DNA of 32,933 bases from Folioceros fuciformis (taxonomy: Eukaryota): positions 1 through 32,933 of the forward strand of contig JBNGIO010006309.1 of NCBI GenBank assembly GCA_049999805.1. Direction: 5' to 3'. Both the position numbers and the translations under genes were made by a program. This document shows positions 12,500 through 23,789 of this stretch, one piece after another (within the stretch, counting starts at the first letter, position 1; the number at the start of each line of letters is the position of its first letter). A model generated the notes under the pieces. The model made no database searches, was not told where the DNA came from, and was given only the letters and a program-made list of their open reading frames with translations.

Positions 12500-14286
12500 T
12501 CACTCATGAGGAGGGCCTGCAACCCCTGAAGGAGCGGGCTTAGACGTCAAAAGAGGTTGCAGGGCTTTAACAACAATACTCATATTCGGCCGGAAGTCGG
12601 CCTCATACTGCACGCATAGGGCAGCTACAGCCGCCATCTGCCAACAGAAGCAGTAAGTGAGAAAAACCCTTTGCAGTTCACCGGAAGGTGTTTCAGACGC
12701 CACTTGAGAGGGTCAAAAGCAATCAATCTGATTCCAGAGCAAATATCTCGGGTGGTTACCTTGGCTAAAGCCTTGGCAGGGTACTCTGCCTTTAACTTTG
12801 GATCCACACACTGTTTCACCTTATCTTCACTCAGCCTCGGCGTTGCCTGCACAAGAAGTCGTGAGACGAAAAAAAAGTTTGGCATAGTGCATATCCGAAG
12901 ATGCTGGGAGAGTAGCTGACCCATGTGACGAGACTTTGCTGTCCGCGCGGCATAGTATGGTCCACAGGTTTCCTGCCCGTGAGAAGCTCCAATAGAACCA
13001 CCCCAAAACTGTAAACGTCACTTTTGAGGGTCAACTGCCCTGTCATGGCGTACCTGAAACATGGCGCGGATCACCTCATCAAACAAAGCTGCTTAACAGA
13101 AGACAGAAGATAATGAATATGAAATAGAAAAGTTAACTCCAGGCTCCAAAGAAGAGGAAGAATCAGCAAGCGCGCGTACTCTGGGGCATGGTAGCCAAAG
13201 GTACCCAAAACACGAGTAGAATGGAGACGGGCAGCCATATCAGGAGCTTGGTTGGACAGGTTGAAATCTGCAACCTTCGCCGTATAGTCATCAAACAGCA
13301 GGACGTTGCTGGATTTGATATCCCGGTGTATTATAGGGGGTTGCACCTTCTCATGAAGATACTCCAGCCCCCTGGCCGCTCCAACAGCGATCTTCACTCG
13401 CTGCATCCAGTCCAACACAGGTCCTGGCTGCGCTCCCTTCACACCTTTCCGACCTACATAGACGGGAATCTCCTCAAGTGTAACTTGAACCAACACAAAC
13501 ACGCAACAAAACCCACGCTCCCGTCACAGCAGGCTTCTGGACAGATATGATACCGTACCATGTAGAATGTCGTGGAGCGACCCCATAGTGGCGTACTCGT
13601 ATGCGAGAATACGCAGCGGGCCATCCAAACAATACCCCACCAGATCCACTACATTCTCGTTTCTCAACCTGGAGACCATGGCCACCTGCAGCCACACGCC
13701 AGCGAGACCAAATTCAACACCGGAAAAGCAGCGTGCAAACCCGGAAAAGAACGCCTTTAAGCAAGCCCGATAGACCGTCACCCTTCCTCCCCCGCACAAT
13801 ACCTGGTTCAGAAATTCCTGGTCCGGCTGGTTACTAGCATCCAGCTTCTTGACGGCAGCCACCCGGCCATCCGAGAGCTTGGCGTGGTAAACTCTGCCAT
13901 AGGAGCCCTCCCCAATCAAGGCCTTGGCGCCAAAATTATCAGTGGCCTCCCTAATGTCATCGATACCGATGGCGGGCGCATTGATGGACTGCGCCCGGGC
14001 CTGCGAAGCTGCCGGGGGCGTGTTGTCCCGCCTGGGAACGGAGTGGTAGCCTGCATCAGAAATCCGGTGAGAAGCAAGCCCGAAAGCACAGTCCCGCGTC
14101 GCATTCCACAGATCCGGGAGTGCCCGGACAGAACCCTAATTCCCATCCCGGCCGCGAATCCCCTTCCCAGATCCCTTCGCCCGGCCTACCTGCGTTCTGC
14201 GAGTCTGCTGAAAAAAAAAAAAAAACTGGGGGTTCCACGTTCTTCCGGTCCTGCTCCTCCACCGCGCAGCAACACCATCCCCCCAT
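12500..14286 (-). CDS. PTI1: PTI1-like receptor-like cytoplasmic kinase (RLCK-VIII); 7 exons
   Basis: Phase-consistent exons 14286-14190, 14050-13803, 13685-13559, 13453-13180, 13053-12921, 12846-12760, 12637-12500. Motifs [104 protein letters not shown] and [19 protein letters not shown] are diagnostic of the PTI1 family. Confidence 0.96.
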
Positions 14287-15849
14287 CTCCGCGGCGCAGC
14301 TGGGCGTCCCCGATCCGACCTTACTCCGCTACACCCGAGCCCGATCCGTGTCCATCCTCGTCCCGCCCCGTCCCCCTTCGACCGAAGCTCGCCCTCGGCG
14401 CGCCCGCACTGCCCGCACAACTAGAAGGTACAGTGCAAGTTCCCAGGGAGCAGGGCGAGCCAAGACGCTGAGGTGGGAAGCAAGTGCGCGTCGCAACGTC
14501 AGTCAGTCCGTCAGTCAGTCAAGCTCGACGCGAGCACGCAACGCGCCGCGGAGGAGAGTTGGGAGCTTGGCGGGTGATGAGCGAGTGAAATCCACAGTCA
14601 GGGTGCGCTCGGATTTCCCAACATTGCCGGATTCCAAGGGCCGCCCCCCGGCCTTTACGTGGACCCCCTCGTTTGTTGCCTAGTTTCGCCGCCGTTGCCC
14701 AGGCGCACCCACATCGTACGGCCTACGTGCCTCAAATCTTCTATTGCTCCAAATACATCCCCAACCGCGGTATACGCTGCACCAGTCTCGTAGGCAACAC
14801 CGCGTTATTACTGTGCAGTAGCGATGTACTGGTACCCCGTCACCCGTCTCCTTTCCCCTTCAACGGCGTCTCGTTTCCCTCGTCCGTATTCCAACTTCAT
14901 TTTGAATCTCTCGCGCAAAGCATCAAATCGGATATTTTCTCGAGGGGAAAAAGGAACTGACGGGGAAAAGGTCCTCTTGCAAAGGCCGACAATGGGGAAT
15001 CTGAGCGTGATGGGGCACTAGGTTTGACAACGGAAGTTACCCATCACGTCATGTGCCGAGAAAAAACGGCCTGCAAACTTGTGAGGGAAAGGGTAGGGTA
15101 TTTGGCTTTGTTGGTTTGACATGATCTCATGGTGGGAGCTTGTTGAAAGCTCCTAAGGGCAAGGAGAGTGAATTGGGAGGCCCACGAGTAGCCATTAATG
15201 GCAAGGGGCGTTGCGCTCATGAGCTTCCGTTTTGGTTGTCAACCATAGTAAGGTGATTCTTTGAGCGTGGGCTCAACTTCACCATGTTCTCCTTAATTAT
15301 CTAATTGCCTAGGCACCAGCAATCGGTTTAGGTGATGCCTAAGGTCTTTCAAGTGTTCCTTCTCCTACCCTTCATCCAATAGTGGGCAAAGAACCTTTTG
15401 CTTCTTGGTTGGTGGTGATGAGGTGTCATGGGAGAGATCGATGGCTCCATTGTTGTCTTAGGTAGGTTAGGTGGTCTGCTTGGCTGTTAAATGGCAACTT
15501 TGGCTATAGTGGTTGTGGGGCAGCGAAAATCATAGGGAGTTGTACGAGCTACGTCATCCTAGCCAAGATGCTCTTGACGTGTGCCTCCATCACTATGCTA
15601 TAGTTCACTACAACAAGTTGCTTTCCCTTGGTTAAGGCATTGAAGNNNNNNNNNNCTACAACAAGTTGCTTTCCCTTGGTTAAGGCATTGAAGTGCTCTC
15701 AAGTATGGTTTTGAAATAGAGCCAGCCTCAACGGAGGGGGCTTCTCTTGCTAAAGGGGCTTTACCACCTATTGGATCTGCTAGGCAATGACATGGGCCCA
15801 ATCTAGTTGATGCCCTTACACCAACCCAAGCAAAAAAAGAAGATCGTTG

Positions 15850-16480
15850 TCCTCTAGATGTTTCGTTTTCTCAAGCATGGACTATTGGACAATCAATTTG
15901 GCGACAACCTAATTTTAACTTGAGGTATGATGTATGAACCACATGTTGGTGATCTTAAACTTGCTTGGTGACAAGATTGTCTCCTTTGCCTTCTTCAACA
16001 TTTCTTTAGCTCTAGTGGAAGCCCAAATAGATACCACTTCCTACACTAGCCATTTGTAAACCTCCCGTGTCGTTTTCACTACCCATATCATCGAGTTGTT
16101 TCAAAGTTGCTTGCACCACATCCTCCCCTCCGCACAAGCCAACAAGTTGCACACAAATTCCCAAATTTCCAAGGTTGTGTAGATGTTGTAGTAGGCATTG
16201 AAAATGCCTAGGTTCCATTGCTCCACTAGGTCTTTGGCACTTTTCAACCATAATGTGAAATTAGGATAGCTATGCCTCTAAATATTCGCTTGTTTCCACA
16301 AACTTGATGGGAGGTGTCACGACAAAGTTGAAGTAGGAGTCCTACAGGAAGTTACGCTGCCATCAAAGAAAAGAGAGTAGGAGTGCACAAAGTAGAAGGA
16401 AAGAAGGGAAGAAGAAGCGGAAGGAGAAGAATCAGAAGCAAGGGGAGTAGTAGTAGAAGTAGCGTAAGCTCTTAGCAATG
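15850..16480 (-). pseudogene. Possible highly degenerate retroelement gag-like relic
   Basis: The minus strand gives a Ser/Thr-rich stretch then VTPPIKFVETSEYLEA*LS*FHIMVEK, reminiscent of the gag P-KF-G-...-W-F motif, with many stops. No LTR, PBS or pol found; boundaries are approximate. Confidence 0.25.
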
Positions 16481-16893
16481 AGAAGGTGAGAGAGTGAAGA
16501 TGATGAGGAGTTAGAATGTTAAGGCGTGTGCCGAGAGTTAATGGATAGTGGCTAATTCTTCCTATTGCCTCTACTAGCCAATTTGTAGCAACATAAGCTC
16601 TAATGTTGTCGATCGATGCTACCTCCTAATTGCTTTTATGGTTGTTATGCTCCTCTTCCAAGTTGTCTCTAACCGTGTGGTCCTTCTTACACGTACAACT
16701 ATCATAGTTGTTAGTCCATCAGACGTACATTAGTTGTATGTGTCTTAGTCAGAGTTTCATCTAAGGGCCTTGTTCTCCTTTGAACAACTCTTCCCTTTTA
16801 GTTTAACAAATGGTTCGATTCGTCTCGCAAGGTTTGAGATCTGATAATTACCTACCCTAACATACTTTAGTCCTACAATCTTTGTTGGAATTT

Positions 16894-17051
16894 GAAATCA
16901 CAAAGTAGACTAAAACATCAAAAAATAAAAATAACTTCAACCCGCCTTTCAACCTTTCATAAGAGAGATGGAGTTCGAAATCACAAAGTAGACTAAAACA
17001 TAAAAGAATAAAAATAACTTCAATCCGCCTTTCAACCTTTCATAAGAGAGA
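16894..17051. repeat. Tandem duplication, 83-bp period, 2 diverged copies
   Basis: GAAATCACAAAGTAGACTAAAACAT...CCTTTCAACCTTTCATAAGAGAGA starts at 16894 and again at 16977. Confidence 0.9.
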
Positions 17052-17280
17052 GCGCGTCAAGAAAGCGGACTTCGAACCATTCCGTGAGAAAGGAAGGCAT
17101 TACCTTGAACATTTGGGTATTTAGTGAAGATGAAAAATATTATAGTTAATCCCCCATCTCAATATAAATATGAATATAGAATACTTAACTACAAAGTTCT
17201 TTGATGAATTCAAATCACTTGCTTAGTATATGAAGTGTATAAAAAACATTATTTTTATGAGATTGTCTAGTACGTAGACC

Positions 17281-17338
17281 CCAAATATTTGGATTGTTAG
17301 TGAAGTGCAATCCAAATATTTGGATTGTTAGTGAAGTG
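17281..17338. repeat. Tandem duplication, 31-bp period
   Basis: CCAAATATTTGGATTGTTAGTGAAGTG occurs at 17281 and 17312. Confidence 0.9.
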
Positions 17339-17712
17339 TATGATTAAGGAGGATTTTGTTATGAAGATGATCTCAATATAGTTTGAAAATATAATAAAGA
17401 TGTATTTTTTCAAGAAAGATCTAAAAGAATTACTCTTGTTATAAGTACTTATATGTAAATTTGGAGCGTTGAAAGTGCGTTCACTTAGCAATTCACAAGG
17501 GAGCGGTGATCCATGGGACAACGATCACCATGAGTAGAAGCGATGATAGAGCGTGGTACAACTTGGGCAGTGAGTGATGGAGCATGGTAGAGCAAGAGCA
17601 TGATGGAGCGTGGTTGTATGGAGCATGAGTGATGATGGAGTGTAGAAGTCAAGAAATATCTAAAAGAATTACTCTTGTTATAAGTACTTATATGTAAATT
17701 AGGAGCGTTAAA

Positions 17713-17913
17713 TGTATGAGGGTTTTAGGTTAAGTAGTTTGATTATACATACAACCCGCGCTTTAGGGTTAGATAAAGTTAGGTTTAATAGTCGTTATAA
17801 CGGTCGCTGCGTGAACCGTGGAGTCACCTTCGAGTGACTATGTAAAGCACACTTGTGCCACATCCCTCAGTTCTAATTTCCTATCCAATATGTGTATTTT
17901 CTAATCCGCTACT
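17713..17913 (+). repeat. 5' LTR (201 bp, TG...CT termini)
   Basis: Direct repeat of 23489-23689 with 6 substitutions by hand alignment; immediately followed by the PBS. Confidence 0.95.
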
Positions 17914-17925
17914 TGGTATCAGAGC
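17914..17925 (+). promoter_or_regulatory. Primer-binding site complementary to initiator tRNA-Met
   Basis: TGGTATCAGAGC directly after the 5' LTR, the standard plant copia PBS. Confidence 0.93.
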
Positions 17926-18955
17926 AGGTGCCAAGGCGTTGAAGTGATCCACCCGCCTCCTGTCAAGAAGATCCAATTTCTGGACAGAATGCAAATGGAT
18001 TGCTTCAATACCCTGCACAGGTGTTAGTAAATGGAGTAGAAACGAGCCATGCATCTTCTAAGGCGGGCTCGAATTCCTGCAGGAAGAACCTCCAAGACGT
18101 CGGCAATGTGTACCTTGTGATGCTCCAGAATCTTGACAGCGACGGTGGTCAGAGATGTGGTGTCGTGCTGAATTGCACACGAGCGAGTGTGATTCAAGGC
18201 AGCAGTGAAGTTGTCGGCGATGGAGTGCGTACCTATTTTGGTGCGCAGTAACCTGGTGTGAAGCGATGGATAGTTGCGGACGTGCCGAACATCGCTTGCC
18301 CACAAATCAGCAACGCTCGCGATACCGGAGGTCCTTTAACAGAGGACGAGGGCAGCACCCACTGCCCCGTGACTCTCTGTCGGACTATCTGTACCAGAGT
18401 GTATCCGAAGGGAGAAGACGATATCAGCACCAACGTACCAGTGTTTCATCGCCTTCCACAGTCAGGAATCCCCATCATCGACACGCGGCCTGCCCAAATC
18501 GCACATCGTGCTCGCCTGCACAAGGAAACACCAACCATGACCACTCAAGTTATCAATTCGGCTGCGACAAAGTTTTGGAGAGCGTGAAAGAAATTTCACA
18601 GATCTTGCTGGATTTCACTATCTCCACTACTAGAAAATCACAGCAAAATCTTGAGCATTTGGACTACTTACGCACTAGAGTAGACCAGTTAGACGTTCAC
18701 ATGTGTAGCCTGGACTTACGACTTCTTGTGTTCTTGCAAGCTCAGCATAATAACTCATTGAACCAGACTGTGCCTTCCTCTACAGGCACACATTCTGGTA
18801 GAGTATGTCTGAACTGTGTTCCAGATCCAACCAGAGATCACTCGTTTCCTTCACAAACATGAAGGCCTGGAATGCAAGAAGAGGAGAGTGACAGTGGCCT
18901 CTTTGGCCTGTCACTGGAGGACGACGCGCTGTACACACTAACATCTTTCTTCAAG

Positions 18956-21900
18956 ATGGCTGAAGGACCAGACACCAATCGTTCTCATAGTCAGAGTGGG
19001 AGCAGGCGCAACAGTGGAGTCGACAACCAATNNNNNNNNNNTCCTCAGCCACCACATCCAAGGAGATGTGGGATCATCTGGCTATGGTGTACCACTCAAA
19101 TGACATGATGTCCAGGATGTCTGCACATACAAGGTTTCATTCTCTGAAGATGCACGAGGGTCAGCCATTGGACCAGTTCATCTCCAACTTTAGATCAGCA
19201 TGACTCCGCCTGGAACAGATAGGCAAGCCAGTTAGTGAGCAGGATGCTTGCATGAGGCTCCTGGCTGCTCTACCTGCAAGCTATGCAAGCTTCGTGACAA
19301 GTCAGAATGCAGTGCTGCATTTGGGGCAGCAGCTCGCAGCTATGACTGGAAGGAAAGAGGAAGAATTTCCTACCTTGAATGTCAACGAGCTAGTTGGTGC
19401 CTTGATGCAAGAAGAGGCTGGTCGTGCTGCTTCGAAAAGTACGAGAGGGCAGGCTCTCTTTACTGCCAAACAGAAGTGGCCAAAAAGGACTCTTAGCAAG
19501 CCCAATACAGGCAAAGGAAAAGGGACGTCACCTAGAGAAGCGTCCACCAGCAAAAAGAGGACTGGTAATTGTAATTGGTGTGGCCTCCCTAATCATTGGG
19601 AGCGGGAGTGTCGTAAGAAAAAGAATGGAGAGCCACGGAGAGCTGCAGCACCTGAAGCCAACATAGTGGCAAAGAAGGAGAAGTCAGCTTCCCCGTCAGT
19701 CCTTCTAGTTCAGTCCACTCCCAGCACTAAATATGTTTGCGAGCACAAGTCGTCCCAAAACAATACAGAGTCTAAGAAACCGCGAGTCTCACCACATGCA
19801 CTGACTGTATGCTTGTCAACTACTGTAACACATCATCAGTCATTCTGGTATGTAGACTCGGGGGCCACCGCACATATTTGCCACGACAGATTGGTTTTCT
19901 TTGGTTACACCGCACACAGTATTGGTCAAAACGTTGTATTAGGTGACGATAGTGAACTACCAATTAAAGGGGTAGGCACTGTGCACTTACGCCTGCAAAA
20001 TGGGGGCACACTCTCACTCCAAAACATACTTCACGTTCCCACAATCACGAAAAATCTGTTGTCGGTGTCTCAGCTCACACAAAACCACAGTTATGAGATT
20101 ACCTTCCGCGGGTCCATGTGTGTCATTCGAGTGTCAGGCAAGACTGTTGCCTTGGGGAAGCTAGTCCATGATCTCTTTATGTTGGATGTTACGAGTATTC
20201 CTGCACCATCTGCCCAGGTTGCTAGAGTTAGTTCACATGTAACAAATTCAGAGGTTACAAAAATCTGGCATATGTGATTCGGACATCCCAACCCTCGCAA
20301 GTTGCAGGACATGACTAAGCAGGACCTATATGCAGATGGTGTACCATCTAATTTAAGTCCCTTACCTTTTTGTGAAGCGTGTGTATATGGGAAGCTTCCA
20401 CGAGCTCCATATCCAAAAGGAGGTGGCACTAGGGCGACAGAGGTATTGCAGTTGGTCCATGCAGACCTATGTGGACCAGTGTCCTCACCCTCACTCGGTG
20501 GAGGCCTTTACTTCTTGACCTTCATCGACGATTACAGCAGATATTCATATGTTTACATCCTCAAATTGAAAAGTGAAGCATTTGAATATTTTAAGGAATA
20601 CAAAACCTTGGCAGAACAGCAGACTGGAAAGAAGTTGCGTTGCTTACGCACTGATAATGGTAAGGAGTTTGACTCGAATGCCTTCAATTCTTACTGCAAG
20701 TCCTTGGGCATTGCTCGTCAATTTACTGTCCCTTACAATTCTTCACAGAATGGGGTAGCAGAAAGACGGAATCGTTCTGCACAGAATGTTGCTCGAAGCA
20801 TGCTCAAACAGGCTGGATTAGTGTTGGCATACTGGGGTGAGGCCATCACAACAGCAAACTACCTGTACAATAGGCTGCCCGGCAAGTCTACCAATGGCAA
20901 AACCCCATATGAGCTCTGGTGTGGACGCAAGCCTTCAGTGCAGCATTTCCGTGCTTTTGGGTCTCCGGCTTATGCGTATGTTCCTAAAGAAAAACGCACC
21001 CATCAGAAGCTGTCAGACCGTGCAGAGAAGTTGCTGTTCATTGGATACACTGAAGGTGTCAAGGCATATAAGTTGATCAATCCAGTCACTTACCAGGTGC
21101 AGCATGCCCGTACTGTTATCTTTGATGAAGCATCGTTATTGAGTTCTTCTATTCCTGCATCTGTACCCCTCGATCTCTCCTTTGAGTTTGAAGACCCACC
21201 CGGCGAGCTTGCAGTCTTTGATATGTCCCCTCACAGCATATCTCTGCCTGCTGAAAGTCATGACATTTCATGTGAAGAGGAGGAAGTTCTGGAAAATCAA
21301 GATGCCGTTCCTGAAAAACAGTCACATGAAAATCATGACGTACCTGAAGTACCTGATGACATGCAAGCGGATGTGGATCCAGCATCAGCACCTGAACCAG
21401 AACCTGAACTTGTTCAAGTTCCAGCTCCAAGTTCTCGTCCTCAGCGTCCTCGAGCTGCCCCAGTGCCGTACGACCCTGCACAATGGACTACACGGCGCAG
21501 TCATACAGATTGGACTACTGGTGAAGTTACCACCAGCGTACCTACCATTCTTGATCCAGTGGGGGACCCTTCGGAGGAGCCGGTATCAGCTCTTGTAGCA
21601 GCACTCCAGAATCTCTCTCCAGTCTCATTCACGGTGGAAGAAATTCAGGCTTTGGCTGTTGCAACCCCGAATCCTGCTGATCCTGCAAGCATGAAAGAAG
21701 CATTCAGTGGACCTGATGTTGCTCACTGGAAAAAGGGAGTGCAGGAGGAATACGACTCACTTATAGAAAATGGGACATGGTCTCTTGAGCCGTTGCCTCC
21801 TGGACGCCGTGCCATATCCAACAAGTGGGTGTTCAAGACCAAGTATAACCAAGATGGGCCCATTGGACGCTATAAAGCAAGGCTCGTTGTGCGAGGATTC

Positions 21901-23274
21901 TCTCAGAAGCCTGGGGAGGACTACTTCGAGACTTTCGCCCCTGTAGTTAAGTTCCCAACCTTGCGCTTGGTGTTGGCACTTGCAGCCCACAGTAACCTTG
22001 ATGTCCACCAAATGGACGTAAAAACTGCATTTTTGCATGGTAAGTTGGAGGAAGAAATTTACATGGCACAACCTGAGGGGTACGTACAACCTGGACAGGA
22101 ACACCTGGTCTGTAAGCTGCATAAGACCATTTACGGTCTCAAACAAAGCCCGAGGGCTTGGCACACTAGGATCGACCAGTTTCTGGTCAAGTGTGGATTT
22201 ATAAGGGGGACAGCAGATTCTAACTTGTATATTCTAAGAAAGAAAGAAGTTTACCTGCTGCTGCTGGATTACGTCGATGACTTAATCATGGCTGCTTCCA
22301 CTGGACCCAATAACCTGCTGAAAGTGGTCAAGAATACGCTAAGGTCAGAATTTGACATGACTGATGTAGGCGAGTTGAAATTTTGCCTTGGCGTTGAGGT
22401 GACTCGAGACAGGAAGGCCGGGACACTTACTTTATCACAAAAGAAGTATATTGGAGATAGTCTTCGGGGCTTCCATTTCTTCGAGGCACATGGAACAAAC
22501 ACACCATTGACAGCTGGGGTTAAGTTGACCAGGGATCAAGCAGCCACAACCAATGCAGACATGCAAGAGATGAGCAAGATCCCCTACAAATAAGCAGTTG
22601 GGACGTTGATTTATCTCACCTGCCTGACGAGGCCGGACATAGCGTATGCAGTGCACCTGGTTTCGCAATTCTTGGCGAATTATGGGCGTGACCACTGGAC
22701 TCAGGTAAAACGAATTTTTAGGTACCTGAAGCAGACTATGGCATACAACATAGTGTACCGAGCCTCCAGCAAGCCAGTGCTGAGTCTTGAGGGAATCTGC
22801 GACAGTGATTGGGCCGCAGACCCCGATACCAGAAAGTTTATTGCTGCATATATTTTCACAATTGCAAGTGGACCCCTCTCGTGGTCCTGCAAGAAGAACA
22901 ATTCAATATGCCTCTCCAGCACGGAGGCAGAATACAAATCACTAACTGTTGCAGCAAAGGAAGCTATCTGGGATAGGAGGTGCCTGGAAGATGCAGGACA
23001 CCGCCAAGAAACACCTACTGTGTTGAACTGCGACAACCAGGGGGCCATAGCACTAGCCAACAACCCAATTTTCCATGCCCGTACAAAGCATATTGAGGTG
23101 TACCATCACTTCATTAGGGAAGTGGTGGCCAACGAAGAAGTAACTATAGCGTACATCAATACCTCTAAAAATCCTGCAGATATCTTGACGAAGGCATTAC
23201 CAAGCGAGGTACACTTGAGACACTGTGAAAGACTTGGGCTGTTACCTGGAGATAGCAACAAGAACAAGACTTGA
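18956..23274 (+). pseudogene. Copia gag-pol polyprotein pseudogene (3 in-frame stops; assembly gap at 19032-19041)
   Basis: gag (TSKEMWDHL, LLAALPASY), zinc knuckle CNWCGLPNHWEREC, protease WYVDSGATAH, integrase WHM*FGH..CEAC / VHADLCGP / RTDNGKEF / QNGVAERRNR, RT YKARLVVRGF / QMDVKTAFL / YVDD, RNase H DSDWAAD / STEAEY / CDNQGA / ADILTKAL. Stops at 19201, 20275 and 22591 are in the same frame. The start ATG at 18956 is inferred across the gap. Confidence 0.93.
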
Positions 23275-23479
23275 GTCAGAAAGATTGGACAGACCTGGAC
23301 TTAGAGTGCTAGCATGCATGTAAGGTCAGCAAGATCAGAACATGCCTGTCAGCTGGGTGAAGCACGCCTTATGTCGACAATTCGCAGTCAGGCACTGTCC
23401 GTGCATACACACACAAGCTTAAGCACAAACTCTCACGCACCTGCTAACAGTAACCAGAGCTGCATCTTAAGCACGGGTT

Positions 23480-23488
23480 GAGTGGGGG
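23480..23488 (+). promoter_or_regulatory. Polypurine tract
   Basis: GAGTGGGGG immediately 5' of the 3' LTR TG. Confidence 0.8.
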
Positions 23489-23689
23489 TGTAGGAGGGTT
23501 TTAGGTTAAGTAGTTTGATTATATATACAACCCGTGTTTTAGGGTTAGATAAAGTTAGGTTTAATAGTCGTTATAACGGTCGCCGCGTGAACCGTGGAGT
23601 CACCTTCGAGTGACTATGTAAAGCACACTTGTGCCACATCCTTCAGTTCTAATTTCCTATCCAATATGTGTATTTTCTAATCCGCTACT
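23489..23689 (+). repeat. 3' LTR (201 bp, TG...CT termini)
   Basis: Copy of 17713-17913; preceded by the PPT and followed by the TSD TTAAA. Confidence 0.95.
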
Positions 23690-23789
23690 TTAAAAGTGCT
23701 TTCACTTAGCAATTCACAAGGGAGCGGTGATCCATGGGACAACGATCACCATGAGTAGAAGCGATGATAGAGCGAGGTACAACTTGGGC

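Larger units (their letters stand above)
17713..23689 (+). mobile_element. Full-length Ty1/copia LTR retrotransposon, inactivated by nonsense mutations
   Basis: Two 201-bp LTRs, PBS, PPT, 5-bp TSD TTAAA (17708-17712 and 23690-23694) and the gag-PR-INT-RT-RH order typical of copia. Confidence 0.96.

Noticed and set aside
2044-14286. Functional cluster of an S-acyltransferase (PAT10) and a putatively S-acylated kinase (PTI1), with four genes co-oriented
   Set aside because: Unrelated genes lie between them, the expected compartments differ, and four co-oriented genes are expected by chance; there is no evidence of co-regulation.
13884-14683. Long Pro/Arg-rich plus-strand ORFs (195 and 187 aa)
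   Set aside because: They are antisense shadows of the GC-rich PTI1 5' exons and UTR.
15006-15048. 9-bp inverted repeat CGTGATGGG/CCCATCACG at the left edge of the TE island
   Set aside because: Too short, and no matching terminus or TSD was found at the other end of the island.
15608-15693. Exact 38-bp direct repeat (CTACAACAAGTTGCTTTCCCTTGGTTAAGGCATTGAAG) either side of a 10-N gap
   Set aside because: Identical sequence flanking an N-run is the typical signature of unmerged overlapping contig ends, not a biological repeat.
19032-19041. Apparent frameshift or short gag N-terminus
   Set aside because: It coincides with a placeholder 10-N gap of unknown true length, so frame and length cannot be judged.
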